From a virus (lineage: Duplodnaviria > Caudoviricetes): DNA of 49,212 nt. Location: the IMG/VR virus record IMGVR_UViG_3300020045_004404, positions 1 to 49,212 of that record. One strand, written 5' to 3'. Positions 1 to 9,141 of this stretch are shown piece after piece. Below the pieces are notes generated by a model. That model had not been told where the DNA came from. It worked only from the letters and a program-made list of their open reading frames with translations, and did no database searches. The position numbers were made by a program, and so were the translations under genes. The stretch's first letter is position 1, and every line of letters begins with the position of its first letter.

Positions 1-121
1 AAGCTATTGTAGAAGAGATCAAGCAGTTAGGTGATAAGCTTATGGCCTTCACTGCCGTACCTCTCGAAGCTAAGCAGAAGCTCACAGCCGATATCTTAAC
101 TAAGCTAGGTGCGACTGGCAC
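1..121. repeat. Terminal direct repeat, left copy (circular assembly overlap)
   Basis: 1-121 is identical to 49092-49212, and one ORF reads continuously across the join. Confidence 0.95.
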
Positions 122-224
122 TAGACCTACATTGCTTCAACAGCCTGCACTTGGTCAGTTCCGTGACATGTACAAAGCTGCAGTAAATGCTACTACTAAC
201 CCTGTAATGGGCGGCCTAGTATGA
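1..224 (+). CDS. 3' part of a 221-aa hypothetical protein that starts at 48650 and crosses the circular junction; ends ...MGGLV
   Basis: The ORF-track entry 42..224 is in frame with ATG 48650 once the 121-nt overlap is collapsed. Its stop overlaps the next ATG (ATGA). Confidence 0.8.
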   Translation, partial: AIVEEIKQLGDKLMAFTAVPLEAKQKLTADILTKLGATGTRPTLLQQPALGQFRDMYKAAVNATTNPVMGGLV

Positions 225-823
225 CTTTAAAAGTAGTACCTACTGAAATTGAATCGAACGATGCTGCCCCTGAAACGACTACCGAGGCTGAAAAGCCTAC
301 GGTAGATCTACCTAGCTCAGCTGCTATGAGATTACCTATAGGAGTTGTTGAAAGTCTTAAGTCTATCAGACATGAGATTGCTTTACTTCATTCTCACTTT
401 GTTAAAGAGCACGGTCAGATCCCTTCTTACCTCGGTGGTGCTTATCAAGCTGTCGATGATGCTGAGGACTTCCTTAAGCGTGTTATCGGCGGGCAAGAGA
501 TATTCACTCCAGTACCTAAGAAGCCTGAGCTTAAAGACGAGGATAAGTGCCTTTATCAAGATACTGTTAAAGTACCTTCGAACTTATCTGACATCCCGTA
601 CATGCAAGAGTGGGCCGGGACTTTCTTCTTCCCTGAACTACGTAAACTAGTTTCACGTACAGATGTGGAAGTGAATATCCGTGCTGACCAAGTTAAGAAA
701 AAACTACAGCTTGCTATTATGGTTACTGTTGAGGGTAAACCTGCAGTGATTCTACCAGCTAAGTACAGAGCTAACGCTCAAGTTGATTTGAAAGCATTAG
801 CAAAGAGTATCGACGCTCTTTAA
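221..823 (+). CDS. Hypothetical protein, 200 aa
   Basis: Long ORF coupled by ATGA to the upstream gene; no recognisable motif. Confidence 0.8.
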   Translation: MTLKVVPTEIESNDAAPETTTEAEKPTVDLPSSAAMRLPIGVVESLKSIRHEIALLHSHFVKEHGQIPSYLGGAYQAVDDAEDFLKRVIGGQEIFTPVPKKPELKDEDKCLYQDTVKVPSNLSDIPYMQEWAGTFFFPELRKLVSRTDVEVNIRADQVKKKLQLAIMVTVEGKPAVILPAKYRANAQVDLKALAKSIDAL

Positions 824-839
824 ATTTTTGATACCACAC

Positions 840-937
840 AAAGGGTGCCACCGAAGGTGGTTAAACGCGCCTGCAATCCCGCCAGCGGTAATACGCTACT
901 CGCAAGAGTTAACGGGAGGCAGGTTCCGGCCCTTTTT
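840..937 (+). ncRNA. Candidate structured intergenic RNA (multi-branch fold ending in a U-run)
   Basis: Six compatible helices can be seen by eye, including ACTC-GCAA-GAGT (GNRA loop). It lies between the 823 stop and the helicase RBS. Confidence 0.5.
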
Positions 938-950
938 ATACGGAGGTTAC

Positions 951-2321
951 GTGGCATACTTGGCTCCCAGAAAACATCAGTTAGAGTTAAAAGATTTCCT
1001 ACTTGATTCAAAAGGTAACGGAGTAATCGGTTATCACGGTATGGGACTTGGTAAGACTTACACTACCATTCTCGCGGCCAGAGTCCTTATCACTAAGCTT
1101 AGACCTATATACGGTGACGCAGTAAAAGTCGTAGTACTTTGCCCTAAGTCTGCTATCCTCACATGGAAGCAGGAGTTAGCTAAGTTCGCGCCTGACCTGA
1201 TCCCTTATTTCATGGTAGTTCCATACTCACAACTTAAACATTTCATAAGAAGAATTGCTAACTCCAAGTACCACTATGCAATGCTTGCACTCGATGAGTG
1301 CCACTATATTAAGAACCCTAAAGCCGACCGCACCATAGACTTTGCTACCATGCTACAGCACATGATCCCTACCTTTCACGGTAAGATTCTCCCGCTAACT
1401 GGTACGCCTATTCCAAATGATGCTGCAGAAATTTACGTTAACTTGTGGTTAGTAGCTTCACCTAATATCAATGCGGCCATCAGAAAAATCTTGGACACTG
1501 AGGCCTTTGAAAAGTTCAGATCATTGTTCACACATGAAAGCCAATCTTCGATAAGAGTAAGAGATCCATCCAGCCCGTCTGGTTGGTCTTACCGTCAAGT
1601 AACATCTTACAAAGGTGTTAATGAAGAAGAAAAGTTTCATCAGTTGATCGCTCCATACGTTCACTATCGAAGAGCTGAAGACTGTATTGATATGCCAGAG
1701 AAGCAAGTCATCCCAGTTCGCTTAGATATCCCAGACGATGACATGCTTAAGGGTGCCAACATGGAGATGCCTGAGGCCTACATGAGTAAGCTTGAGCGCA
1801 TCGCTACTGCCAAGACCCCTTATGCTGTTGCTTGGCTTGAAGAGTTTTTCAAACTGAATGAGCAAATTGTTATCTTCTCACTATTCACTAAGGGTCTAAG
1901 AGTTTTAGAGCAGACTTTCCAAGGTAAGATTAAACTTATCACTGGTGCTGAGTCCCAAGTCGAAAGAGCTCAAACCATTATGGCATTTCAACAGGGCAAG
2001 CTTAAAGGTATTGCTATGTCATACGGTGCAGGTGCTGAGTCACTTAACTTACAAAACGCTAGAAATACTTTGTACCTAAACTTCCCATGGCACGATGATA
2101 AACTTGCTCAGGCCATGGCACGTACTCACCGTAGCGGTCAGGTCAGTAGAACGAACCATTACTTTTTATTCTCAGGTGAAAACGATCAGGCCTGCTACGA
2201 AAGAGTACTTCAGAAACGCGGGTTCAATGAAAGCTTACGTGAGAGATTACGTAACGGCGGTAACCCACCTGCTCTAGTTCAACCTTCAATCGAAGCTTCT
2301 TATGAGGACTTGGGACTATGA
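951..2321 (+). CDS. SNF2-like superfamily 2 helicase
   Basis: GMGLGKT (Walker A), LDECH, LTGTP, AESLNLQ and QAMARTHR motifs. Start moved from 828 to GTG 951 because GGAGG lies at 942-946. Confidence 0.9.
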   Translation: MAYLAPRKHQLELKDFLLDSKGNGVIGYHGMGLGKTYTTILAARVLITKLRPIYGDAVKVVVLCPKSAILTWKQELAKFAPDLIPYFMVVPYSQLKHFIRRIANSKYHYAMLALDECHYIKNPKADRTIDFATMLQHMIPTFHGKILPLTGTPIPNDAAEIYVNLWLVASPNINAAIRKILDTEAFEKFRSLFTHESQSSIRVRDPSSPSGWSYRQVTSYKGVNEEEKFHQLIAPYVHYRRAEDCIDMPEKQVIPVRLDIPDDDMLKGANMEMPEAYMSKLERIATAKTPYAVAWLEEFFKLNEQIVIFSLFTKGLRVLEQTFQGKIKLITGAESQVERAQTIMAFQQGKLKGIAMSYGAGAESLNLQNARNTLYLNFPWHDDKLAQAMARTHRSGQVSRTNHYFLFSGENDQACYERVLQKRGFNESLRERLRNGGNPPALVQPSIEASYEDLGL

Positions 2322-4315
2322 AAGAATTCTTCTTTGACTTTGAAACTAGATCGATGGTTGACCTTACTGTAGTTGGGGCAGTTAACTATGCCATGCACCC
2401 GTCAACACAAGTGACTGCTATATCTTGGTGCATAGATAATGGGCCGGTAAAAGGGTGGGATATTTGGGATGGCACGCCAATCCCTCAGGAACTTAAGTCA
2501 CTTGGTGCTACCCCAGATGAGTTCATGCACATCGCTCACAACGTAGAGTTTGATTATCTTATCTGGACATTAGTTTTCGCCAAGAACTTCCCAATGTACA
2601 AACGCCCAGCTATTAAAAACATTCATGATAACATGGCAGTTTCAAATTACTTCAGACTAGGCTCTACCTTAGAGGCCAACGCTAGGATGCTACGTTTGCC
2701 CCTAGTTAAGGATAAGAAGGGCAAGGCTGTCATGATGTACACTTGCAAGCCAAACTCCAAGGGTGAGCTTGTGGCCCCTAAGAATGCTGAAGACTATGCA
2801 GCGTTCAAACGTTATTACATGGGTGACACTGACATTTTGCGTAAAGCTTATAGAGCTATGCCTCAGCTTCCACCTAAAGAAAGAGAAGTATGGGAATGGA
2901 CATTTAAGCGTAACCTCACAGGTGTAAGAGTTGACACTGACCTGCTCCATGTCTTCGATAAGATCATAAACGATAAGCTTCCACCCCTTGAGCGCAGGTT
3001 CAAAGAGATCACAGGCTGCACTCATAACAGTTCACAGAAAATGCTTGAGTTCTTTCAGAACTTCTACCCTTGGATTGTAGACTTCAGAAAAGATACTGTT
3101 GAAGAATTGCTCATGGATACTACGCCTGTACCCGAAGAGGTGAGAGAAGCTTTAGAGATTAAGTTTCTACTCGGTGGGAGTGCAATGTCTAAAGTGCCTA
3201 CTGCACTGGCCACAATGTACAACGGTAGAATCTACCAGTTATTCGATTACTCCAAGGCACAGAACAAACGGTTTGCAGGTAGAGGAGTTCAACCTCAGAA
3301 CTTTCCACGCTTCGATAAAAAGCGCAGAGATAAACTGGAATTAGATTTAGACTCTCCAACACTTGCACATGACCTTTTAAAAGTTTACCCCACGCTAACT
3401 GATCCGCTAGGCGTAGTTAAAAATCTACTCAGACGGATATGGGTAGCCGAAGAAGGTAGGGAGTTTGTCGCAGGCGACTTTTCTAAGATCGAACCCACTG
3501 TACTTTTCTGGTTACTTAACATGGGTGAGATCCCGGCCAAGTGGTATGAAGAGATGGCCAGCAAACTTTACAACATTCCAATAGAGCAAGTTGGTAAAGA
3601 GTCTGATGAACGTCAGGTAGGTAAGACTGCTCAGCTATCATGTGGATACGGCTCAGGAGCTAAGGCCTTCAGAGTTAAAACTTTCCAAGATACTGGCATT
3701 CTGCTTTCAATGGAACAGGCGACTAAGACAGTCAACCTTTATCGTAGCATGTACCCTTTAGTGGTGCAGATGTGGGATGAACTAGAGAAAGCTTTCCACA
3801 TGGCGTCAACGTTCTTCAAGACTACATCTCTATATGAAAACAGGGTAGTAGTTATGCCTATGCCTAAACCTTGGAAGGGTGTAATGATTCAACTTCCATC
3901 AGGAAGTAAGCTGTATTACCATGATACTTCGACCCGTGAGATAACATTTAAAAAGAAAGTAACGGACTTAGATTCATTAGGTAATAAAGTTATCCGCGAG
4001 ATACAGGAAACTAAGCTTTCTATGACTTACATGACCCCGCTATCTAACGGTACCCTTGTACCTAAATCTGTATACGGTGGTTTGATTTGTGAAAACGTAG
4101 TCTCATGTATCGCTAGAGAAGCCATGGTTGATTCAATGCTAAGACTTGAGGCCCACGGTTTCCCTGTACCGGGCACTGTCCACGATGAAGCTTGGGGCGA
4201 CATAGAGAAAGGGCAGTCAAAAGAGTTTGAAAGAGTAATGAGTATCACACCTGACTGGGCACGCGGTCTAGTAATTAAAACGGAAGTTAAGGCAGGACCG
4301 AGATATGGAAAATAA
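2318..4315 (+). CDS. polA: Family A DNA polymerase with 3'-5' exonuclease
   Basis: ExoI FDFETRS, ExoII AHNVEFD, motif A DFSKIE, motif B RQVGKTAQLSCGYG (Leu at the 762-equivalent position), motif C VHDE. Confidence 0.95.
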   Translation: MKEFFFDFETRSMVDLTVVGAVNYAMHPSTQVTAISWCIDNGPVKGWDIWDGTPIPQELKSLGATPDEFMHIAHNVEFDYLIWTLVFAKNFPMYKRPAIKNIHDNMAVSNYFRLGSTLEANARMLRLPLVKDKKGKAVMMYTCKPNSKGELVAPKNAEDYAAFKRYYMGDTDILRKAYRAMPQLPPKEREVWEWTFKRNLTGVRVDTDLLHVFDKIINDKLPPLERRFKEITGCTHNSSQKMLEFFQNFYPWIVDFRKDTVEELLMDTTPVPEEVREALEIKFLLGGSAMSKVPTALATMYNGRIYQLFDYSKAQNKRFAGRGVQPQNFPRFDKKRRDKLELDLDSPTLAHDLLKVYPTLTDPLGVVKNLLRRIWVAEEGREFVAGDFSKIEPTVLFWLLNMGEIPAKWYEEMASKLYNIPIEQVGKESDERQVGKTAQLSCGYGSGAKAFRVKTFQDTGILLSMEQATKTVNLYRSMYPLVVQMWDELEKAFHMASTFFKTTSLYENRVVVMPMPKPWKGVMIQLPSGSKLYYHDTSTREITFKKKVTDLDSLGNKVIREIQETKLSMTYMTPLSNGTLVPKSVYGGLICENVVSCIAREAMVDSMLRLEAHGFPVPGTVHDEAWGDIEKGQSKEFERVMSITPDWARGLVIKTEVKAGPRYGK

Positions 4316-4763
4316 AGAAGCGCCAGCACCAAAGAAACGCATTAACGGTAATAAGAAAGGTAAGACCTACGAGAATGAAATAGCTACCCAGCTATGTCAC
4401 ATATTCCCTAAAGCACGTAGGCACTTAGAGTTTCACCACATCGATGCTGAAAAGAAAATGGACATTCAAGGTACAGCACCATGGGTCATTCAGTGCAAGC
4501 GAAAAAGAAAATATGAAATGCCTAAAGTTTTACTTGAAACTATAGCCGAAGAAGGTGAGCATAGAGTCCTTGTAACAAAGGCAGATAGATTACCCGCACT
4601 AGCAATCCTAGAGTGGGAAACACTTAAGATGTTAATCGAAGTTTATCACGGTATGCGCCCTCCATTTAAGAGTGAAGAGCAGTTGGCCGAGGATAAAAAG
4701 AAGTTAAACATCAGAAATTTGCCTCCCTTTAATAACGGTAGTATGAAGGACTTAGGACTATGA
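4305..4763 (+). CDS. PD-(D/E)XK nuclease, likely Holliday junction resolvase
   Basis: KGKTYENEI...D...IQCKR pattern and position in the replication module. Confidence 0.7.
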   Translation: MENKEAPAPKKRINGNKKGKTYENEIATQLCHIFPKARRHLEFHHIDAEKKMDIQGTAPWVIQCKRKRKYEMPKVLLETIAEEGEHRVLVTKADRLPALAILEWETLKMLIEVYHGMRPPFKSEEQLAEDKKKLNIRNLPPFNNGSMKDLGL

Positions 4764-6907
4764 GCATTGTCATCGGTAATCTTAAAGCGTGTCGAGTAGC
4801 AAGAGGCGAAAGATACTCTCCAGTAAACAACGTATCAGCAGATAAACTCCCAACATATATAGAACTAGTTAGAGAAGGTACCTGTGACGTAGCTATCCCA
4901 GCTATGCAGAACAGACTTGTCATTATTGATATTGATTTACCTCGTGAACGTAGCAAAATGGTTAACGGGGTAGAGCAGAAGTATATGACTCCCGATGGTA
5001 GGATTTGGTGGCGTAACTTTGCCCAAGCTAACAACATCCCTAACACTTATACAATTATCTCTAAGAGTGGTGGCTTCCATTTATACTATGAACTACCAGA
5101 TAGTATTGACCACTTAACGTTCAGACCTAAAAGCATAATTAAAGATGAGCAGAATAACCCTGTAGGCGTAGAGATCAAGTACCGCGCTACAGTCCACGCT
5201 CCACCTACTAAAGGTTATCAGGTTCACCCGCAAGCACCGTTGGCCCCTATGATAGTTCCTATCGCTTTGATGGAGGAATTACTTCGAGGTAAGACTGAGC
5301 TAGAGCGTACTCCTGAAGAACTTCTAATGTCAGGTTCTCATAGTGCATTTTCTCAGGCACAAGTAGATTGGCTTCGAAAGAACATCCCATGGGTACAAGA
5401 AAACTGTGCGCTCACCCGTGAGAACTGGCGTGACGGTATCTTCTCAATCAAAGCTGGTACTGAACACCACGCTGAGATAGGTGAAGAGCTAAGTATCATG
5501 TGGACCATGAACCAAGGTTACTCTGAGGGTGATGAAGTTCAGGCCATAGATATGTATCATAAGGCCGATGCTCTTGGTGACATCCAAGGTGGTACTATCA
5601 TTCACTTGATCAGGAGTTTCTTCGATGAGAAGGGCGTACCTCTTTCACTCTCTGAAGTTATGGGTGGTGACATTGGTATCTCTATCTTAGAGAAAGCTGG
5701 CGTGACCTTTAACATTAGTAAAATGGGTAAACCTCAGTTCATTGATAACGAAACTAATGCTGCTTTAATCTTGGACACTTTAATCCCTAAGCAAGAAATG
5801 TTTTTAAATACCCGCACTGACACATTCATATACAAAGGTAAGCAGATGTCCGATAAGGACTTGCTGAACAATATCCTCCCTATGCTTCAGAAGGTAGGCG
5901 GGGGCCTTGGCTTTGAGAAGATGAAGAAGTCAACTGTCCAGACTGGCATAGAAATTGCTATGCACATCAGATCTATTGACCCTCACGAAGAGTGGGTAAA
6001 ACAGCAGGTATGGGATGGCAAGCATCGTATTGAAAGGTTTTTTATTGATGTCATGGGTGGTGCTGACAATGAGTACAACCGCATCCTAGGTAAGAATATG
6101 TTTAGCGCACTAGCTGCGCGAAGCCTTTCCAAGGGGTGTAAGTTTGACGCAATGTTTATCTTCGAAGGTGATGAGGGGGCAAGAAAGTCTACCTTAATCT
6201 CTATCTTGGGGCGCGGTTCATACTATTCAGTTCGTGGTAGAAACATCCTGACAGCTGATGACTCGCTTAGACAGATGCACCAAGCGGTTACAGTTGAGTT
6301 CCCTGAGCTTATCGGTTTACGTCATGAAGACCCTGAGATCGCTAAGGCGTTCGTTACTTCTCCAGTTGATAAGATGAGAGGGCTGTACGAAAGAAAGGCC
6401 GTAGACAGGCCCAGAGGCTTTCTGATGTTTGGTTCTACTAACAAGGATGAGTACCTATCGCTTGATATGGGTACCCGTAGATGGTTACCTTTCAAAGTGC
6501 CTAAGGGCTTTATCATCGACACTGCCGAAGTTGAACGTACCTTGGGGCAGCTTTATGCTGAAGGTAAAGTTATGTGGGAGCAAGGGTACAACTACTGGTA
6601 TATGCCGGAAGACCTTCTTGCCAATGTACAGGCAGCTAAGCAGACAGGTAGCTACCTTAGAGAAGAGATTAAAAAGATTGTCGTTCGTAAGGGCCTCTTC
6701 GATATTAAAGAAATCTTTGATGAGCTTACTACTACCAGAGTTATCGGAGCAGGTGGACTTTCTACTTGGGGTAAAGAGGTAGAGTCAGAAGTTAGAAGGC
6801 TCGGGTGTGTGAAAGATAGCGAGTCAGGTAAGTGGATGATGCCGGGCCAGATTATGCCTTTGCCTGTTGAAAACAATTTACTGTTACTACAAGGAATGAA
6901 CTTATGA
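4760..6907 (+). CDS. Primase-helicase (N-terminal prim-pol plus C-terminal VirE/VapE-like P-loop)
   Basis: IIDID and SKSGGFHLYY prim-pol motifs; WDG...KFD...EGDEGARKST...GSTN...GTRRW VirE-type motifs. Confidence 0.9.
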   Translation: MSIVIGNLKACRVARGERYSPVNNVSADKLPTYIELVREGTCDVAIPAMQNRLVIIDIDLPRERSKMVNGVEQKYMTPDGRIWWRNFAQANNIPNTYTIISKSGGFHLYYELPDSIDHLTFRPKSIIKDEQNNPVGVEIKYRATVHAPPTKGYQVHPQAPLAPMIVPIALMEELLRGKTELERTPEELLMSGSHSAFSQAQVDWLRKNIPWVQENCALTRENWRDGIFSIKAGTEHHAEIGEELSIMWTMNQGYSEGDEVQAIDMYHKADALGDIQGGTIIHLIRSFFDEKGVPLSLSEVMGGDIGISILEKAGVTFNISKMGKPQFIDNETNAALILDTLIPKQEMFLNTRTDTFIYKGKQMSDKDLLNNILPMLQKVGGGLGFEKMKKSTVQTGIEIAMHIRSIDPHEEWVKQQVWDGKHRIERFFIDVMGGADNEYNRILGKNMFSALAARSLSKGCKFDAMFIFEGDEGARKSTLISILGRGSYYSVRGRNILTADDSLRQMHQAVTVEFPELIGLRHEDPEIAKAFVTSPVDKMRGLYERKAVDRPRGFLMFGSTNKDEYLSLDMGTRRWLPFKVPKGFIIDTAEVERTLGQLYAEGKVMWEQGYNYWYMPEDLLANVQAAKQTGSYLREEIKKIVVRKGLFDIKEIFDELTTTRVIGAGGLSTWGKEVESEVRRLGCVKDSESGKWMMPGQIMPLPVENNLLLLQGMNL

Positions 6908-7236
6908 TACTTGAGAAAAACTTTATCCAGATTCAGTACGCTGCTAAAGATAAGTACATGTATAATGTTACTAGTAAGACTAAGTACACTGAGAATGAAA
7001 AAGTGGTAGCGGGTAACGCTTACATCCAAGGGCGCGTAGACGCTGTGGCCGACATGGAAAGCTTGGTAGGTAAATACAACCAAATGCTAAAAGAGAAGAA
7101 TGCTATGGCCAAAGAGTTAGCTGATATCAAAGCCCCAAAAACTAAGATAGTGAGCCCTCCAATATCTGGCCCTAAGAAAGGTAAAGAGGGGTATGTACAA
7201 CATGTACCTGATACCTCTGAGGACTTAGGACTATGA
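6904..7236 (+). CDS. Hypothetical protein, 110 aa, ends EDLGL
   Basis: ATGA-coupled on both sides. Confidence 0.75.
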   Translation: MILEKNFIQIQYAAKDKYMYNVTSKTKYTENEKVVAGNAYIQGRVDAVADMESLVGKYNQMLKEKNAMAKELADIKAPKTKIVSPPISGPKKGKEGYVQHVPDTSEDLGL

Positions 7237-7574
7237 AGAAGCAGACTTACCCAGAGAACTTTTCTGTCACACTTCGAAGAGAAACTTTTGACTTAGTTAA
7301 AGAGTCTGCTATTCGCAATGGTACTGGGCTTTACCGCGCACTTAAGAACTATCTAACTCTCCACCTATTCCCATACATGCTTAAAGGCGACTATGTTAGA
7401 ATCATTTATCTAAATGAGACTGGAGCTAGCACTAGCGTAGGGGTTATACTACACTTGAATCAGAGACTACTTACCAAAGCTAAAGAAGAGGAGGGTAGTG
7501 TAGGCTTATACGCTGCTACCCGGCAACGCGGAAAAAACCCTCTGGGAGGGACGGAGCCCACTGCCGCTGACTGA
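7233..7574 (+). CDS. Hypothetical protein, possible ribbon-helix-helix DNA-binding fold
   Basis: Coupled start with RBS. FSVTLRRETFDLVKESA resembles an RHH strand-helix; the fold call is weak. Confidence 0.6.
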   Translation: MKKQTYPENFSVTLRRETFDLVKESAIRNGTGLYRALKNYLTLHLFPYMLKGDYVRIIYLNETGASTSVGVILHLNQRLLTKAKEEEGSVGLYAATRQRGKNPLGGTEPTAAD

Positions 7575-7646
7575 ATAACCCAGATACCCTTGCTTCAACA
7601 AGTGAAGTAGTTGGCCTAAGATTATATTAACTACGAGGATACTGAT

Positions 7647-8036
7647 ATGCTATCACAAAATGAAATTCAGATTATGACTAAGTACGCTTGGAGCTTAGTG
7701 GGTATAGGATATAAGCTAGGGGGTAATGTACCTCAGGATGGCGGTATAGACTGTAGCGCCTTCTGCTTAGAGCTTATGAGATCAGTGAGTAAGTGGGGTA
7801 CTGACGATGCTACTGCGCAGATGATATATGACAGATTGAGTAATTATTCTATGCGGGTAGGGTTTAAGGAAGGAGACTTACTATTCTTCGGTAAAGACAC
7901 TACGAGCATCACGCACATTGCATATGCTATCGATGATACTTTTATGCTTGAAGCTGGCGGTACTGATAAGACAGGTATGGTCAGACCTAGGAAAAGTACT
8001 TGGCGTAAAGACTTAGTAGCCGTTATCCGCCTCTAA
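7647..8036 (+). CDS. NlpC/P60 peptidoglycan hydrolase (endolysin candidate)
   Basis: YKLGG...GIDCSAF catalytic Cys, GDLLFFG, and ITHIAY catalytic His; GAGGA RBS. Confidence 0.9.
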   Translation: MLSQNEIQIMTKYAWSLVGIGYKLGGNVPQDGGIDCSAFCLELMRSVSKWGTDDATAQMIYDRLSNYSMRVGFKEGDLLFFGKDTTSITHIAYAIDDTFMLEAGGTDKTGMVRPRKSTWRKDLVAVIRL

Positions 8037-8197
8037 CCTTTAAACTTCTCATCCTGCTTCTTGATTAGAAAGAATAACAGCTTCTTCTCGGCAGGATGAA
8101 TATTCTCTTGCATGTACGCCTGCTTAAGATCTTCTAAGCTTTTACCCTTAGGTGCCTTGATTAACTTGTTAGCTTTACTCTTTGGCTTTGGTGGCAC
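8033..8197 (-). CDS. Small basic hypothetical protein, 54 aa
   Basis: AAGGAG precedes GTG 8197, in frame with ORF 8033..8257. Its stop overlaps the convergent NlpC/P60 stop. Confidence 0.6.
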   Translation of the reverse strand: MPPKPKSKANKLIKAPKGKSLEDLKQAYMQENIHPAEKKLLFFLIKKQDEKFKG

Positions 8198-8501
8198 ATG
8201 ACTCCTTTCGTAGGCGTTGTAGGGCGGTAAACTTAGGCTGTATCTCAGCAATAGCAAAGGTAGCTTTCACACCATGTATACCATCACACTCATGCAGTTC
8301 AACTTCAACTAAGTCTTCTTGGTTCTCCCACACGTTCACGTCTAGCGGTGCTTTAAAGCAATGGCCACGACGATAGAAGTAACCCTCAGTCAGGTCAATC
8401 TGATACTTAGTTACCTCAGCGCAGATTAGAGAACGTTCAAGGCTTCGGCAGCTTGCTACCGCGAAGAGCATCATTAAGAGTACGCATGTAAAGATCTTCA
8501 T
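8175..8501 (-). CDS. Lipoprotein, o-spanin-like candidate
   Basis: Signal peptide with lipobox (MKIFTCVLLMMLFAVASC); overlaps the 3' end of the upstream gene in a lysis-like cluster. Confidence 0.65.
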   Translation of the reverse strand: MKIFTCVLLMMLFAVASCRSLERSLICAEVTKYQIDLTEGYFYRRGHCFKAPLDVNVWENQEDLVEVELHECDGIHGVKATFAIAEIQPKFTALQRLRKESCATKAKE

Positions 8502-8790
8502 CGTTGGATTCCTCTGCTAATTGGAGTCTGATTACCACTCTGTCTGCCTGAGCATCGTCGAACATATACCCAAGTCGTATTACACCTACGCGAGTTAACA
8601 CCCGCACTATCTGATCATAGAAACGGGTTACTAGTACATCAGTAAACCACTTTAAGAAGCGCCCACCTACATAGGTACCTAGCCATTGTTTAATCATCGG
8701 TTCAGTTATATCTAAGAGTTTATCCGCTATGTACTTGGCAGTTTTGTAAAAGACTTCTGATGTAAAATATGCTTTGAGTTTTTCTTTCAT
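8437..8790 (-). CDS. Hypothetical amphipathic protein (possible lysis accessory)
   Basis: Likely start is MKEKLK at 8790; the longer ORF runs through a terminator hairpin. Confidence 0.6.
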   Translation of the reverse strand: MKEKLKAYFTSEVFYKTAKYIADKLLDITEPMIKQWLGTYVGGRFLKWFTDVLVTRFYDQIVRVLTRVGVIRLGYMFDDAQADRVVIRLQLAEESNDEDLYMRTLNDALRGSKLPKP

Positions 8791-8793
8791 ATT

Positions 8794-8821
8794 AAAAAGG
8801 CTACCCGAAGGTAGCCCTTTT
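8794..8821 (-). terminator. Intrinsic terminator (possibly bidirectional)
   Basis: Minus strand reads GGCTACC-TTCG-GGTAGCC-TTTTT; T-runs flank the hairpin on both strands. Confidence 0.8.
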
Positions 8822-8845
8822 ATCAAATCTAAATGTAGGTAATGA

Positions 8846-9085
8846 TTACCCTTCTTGACCATCGATCTTATCGATAGCTTTAAAGGCAAGCTTCTCTAGT
8901 TCTGGTAGAGCTACTGCGAAGCCCATGTTGTCGTAAGGAGTTACTGAGATTTCAGCAGACTCTTTAAGCCATGCAAATGTAGCTTTTGCCAATTGCTCTA
9001 CTGCTTCTTCAGCTAGTTCAAGTCCTTGGTCTTTACATTTCTCACCTAGTAATTTTAAATCGTAAGCTTTCTTTTCAGGTGTCAT
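8846..9085 (-). CDS. Hypothetical acidic helical protein, 79 aa
   Basis: Strong AGGAGG RBS; has its own candidate promoter and terminator. Confidence 0.8.
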   Translation of the reverse strand: MTPEKKAYDLKLLGEKCKDQGLELAEEAVEQLAKATFAWLKESAEISVTPYDNMGFAVALPELEKLAFKAIDKIDGQEG

Positions 9086-9111
9086 ATATCCTCCTATGGA
9101 TGTGTACCACT

Positions 9112-9141
9112 ATGGTAGGAGGGGTTACTTAGTTTTGTCAA
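9112..9141 (-). promoter_or_regulatory. sigma70-like promoter TTGACA-N18-TACCAT
   Basis: -35 at 9141-9136 and -10 at 9117-9112, upstream of the 9085 gene. Confidence 0.55.

Noticed and set aside
828-950. N-terminal 41 aa of the helicase ORF (TTG 828)
   Set aside because: No RBS at 828, the segment is highly structured, and a GGAGG RBS precedes in-frame GTG 951.
7530-7574. A-AAA-AAC slippery site followed by CCCTC/GAGGG hairpin
   Set aside because: The hairpin has no spacer from the slip site, and the -1 frame stops within about ten codons, giving no meaningful product.
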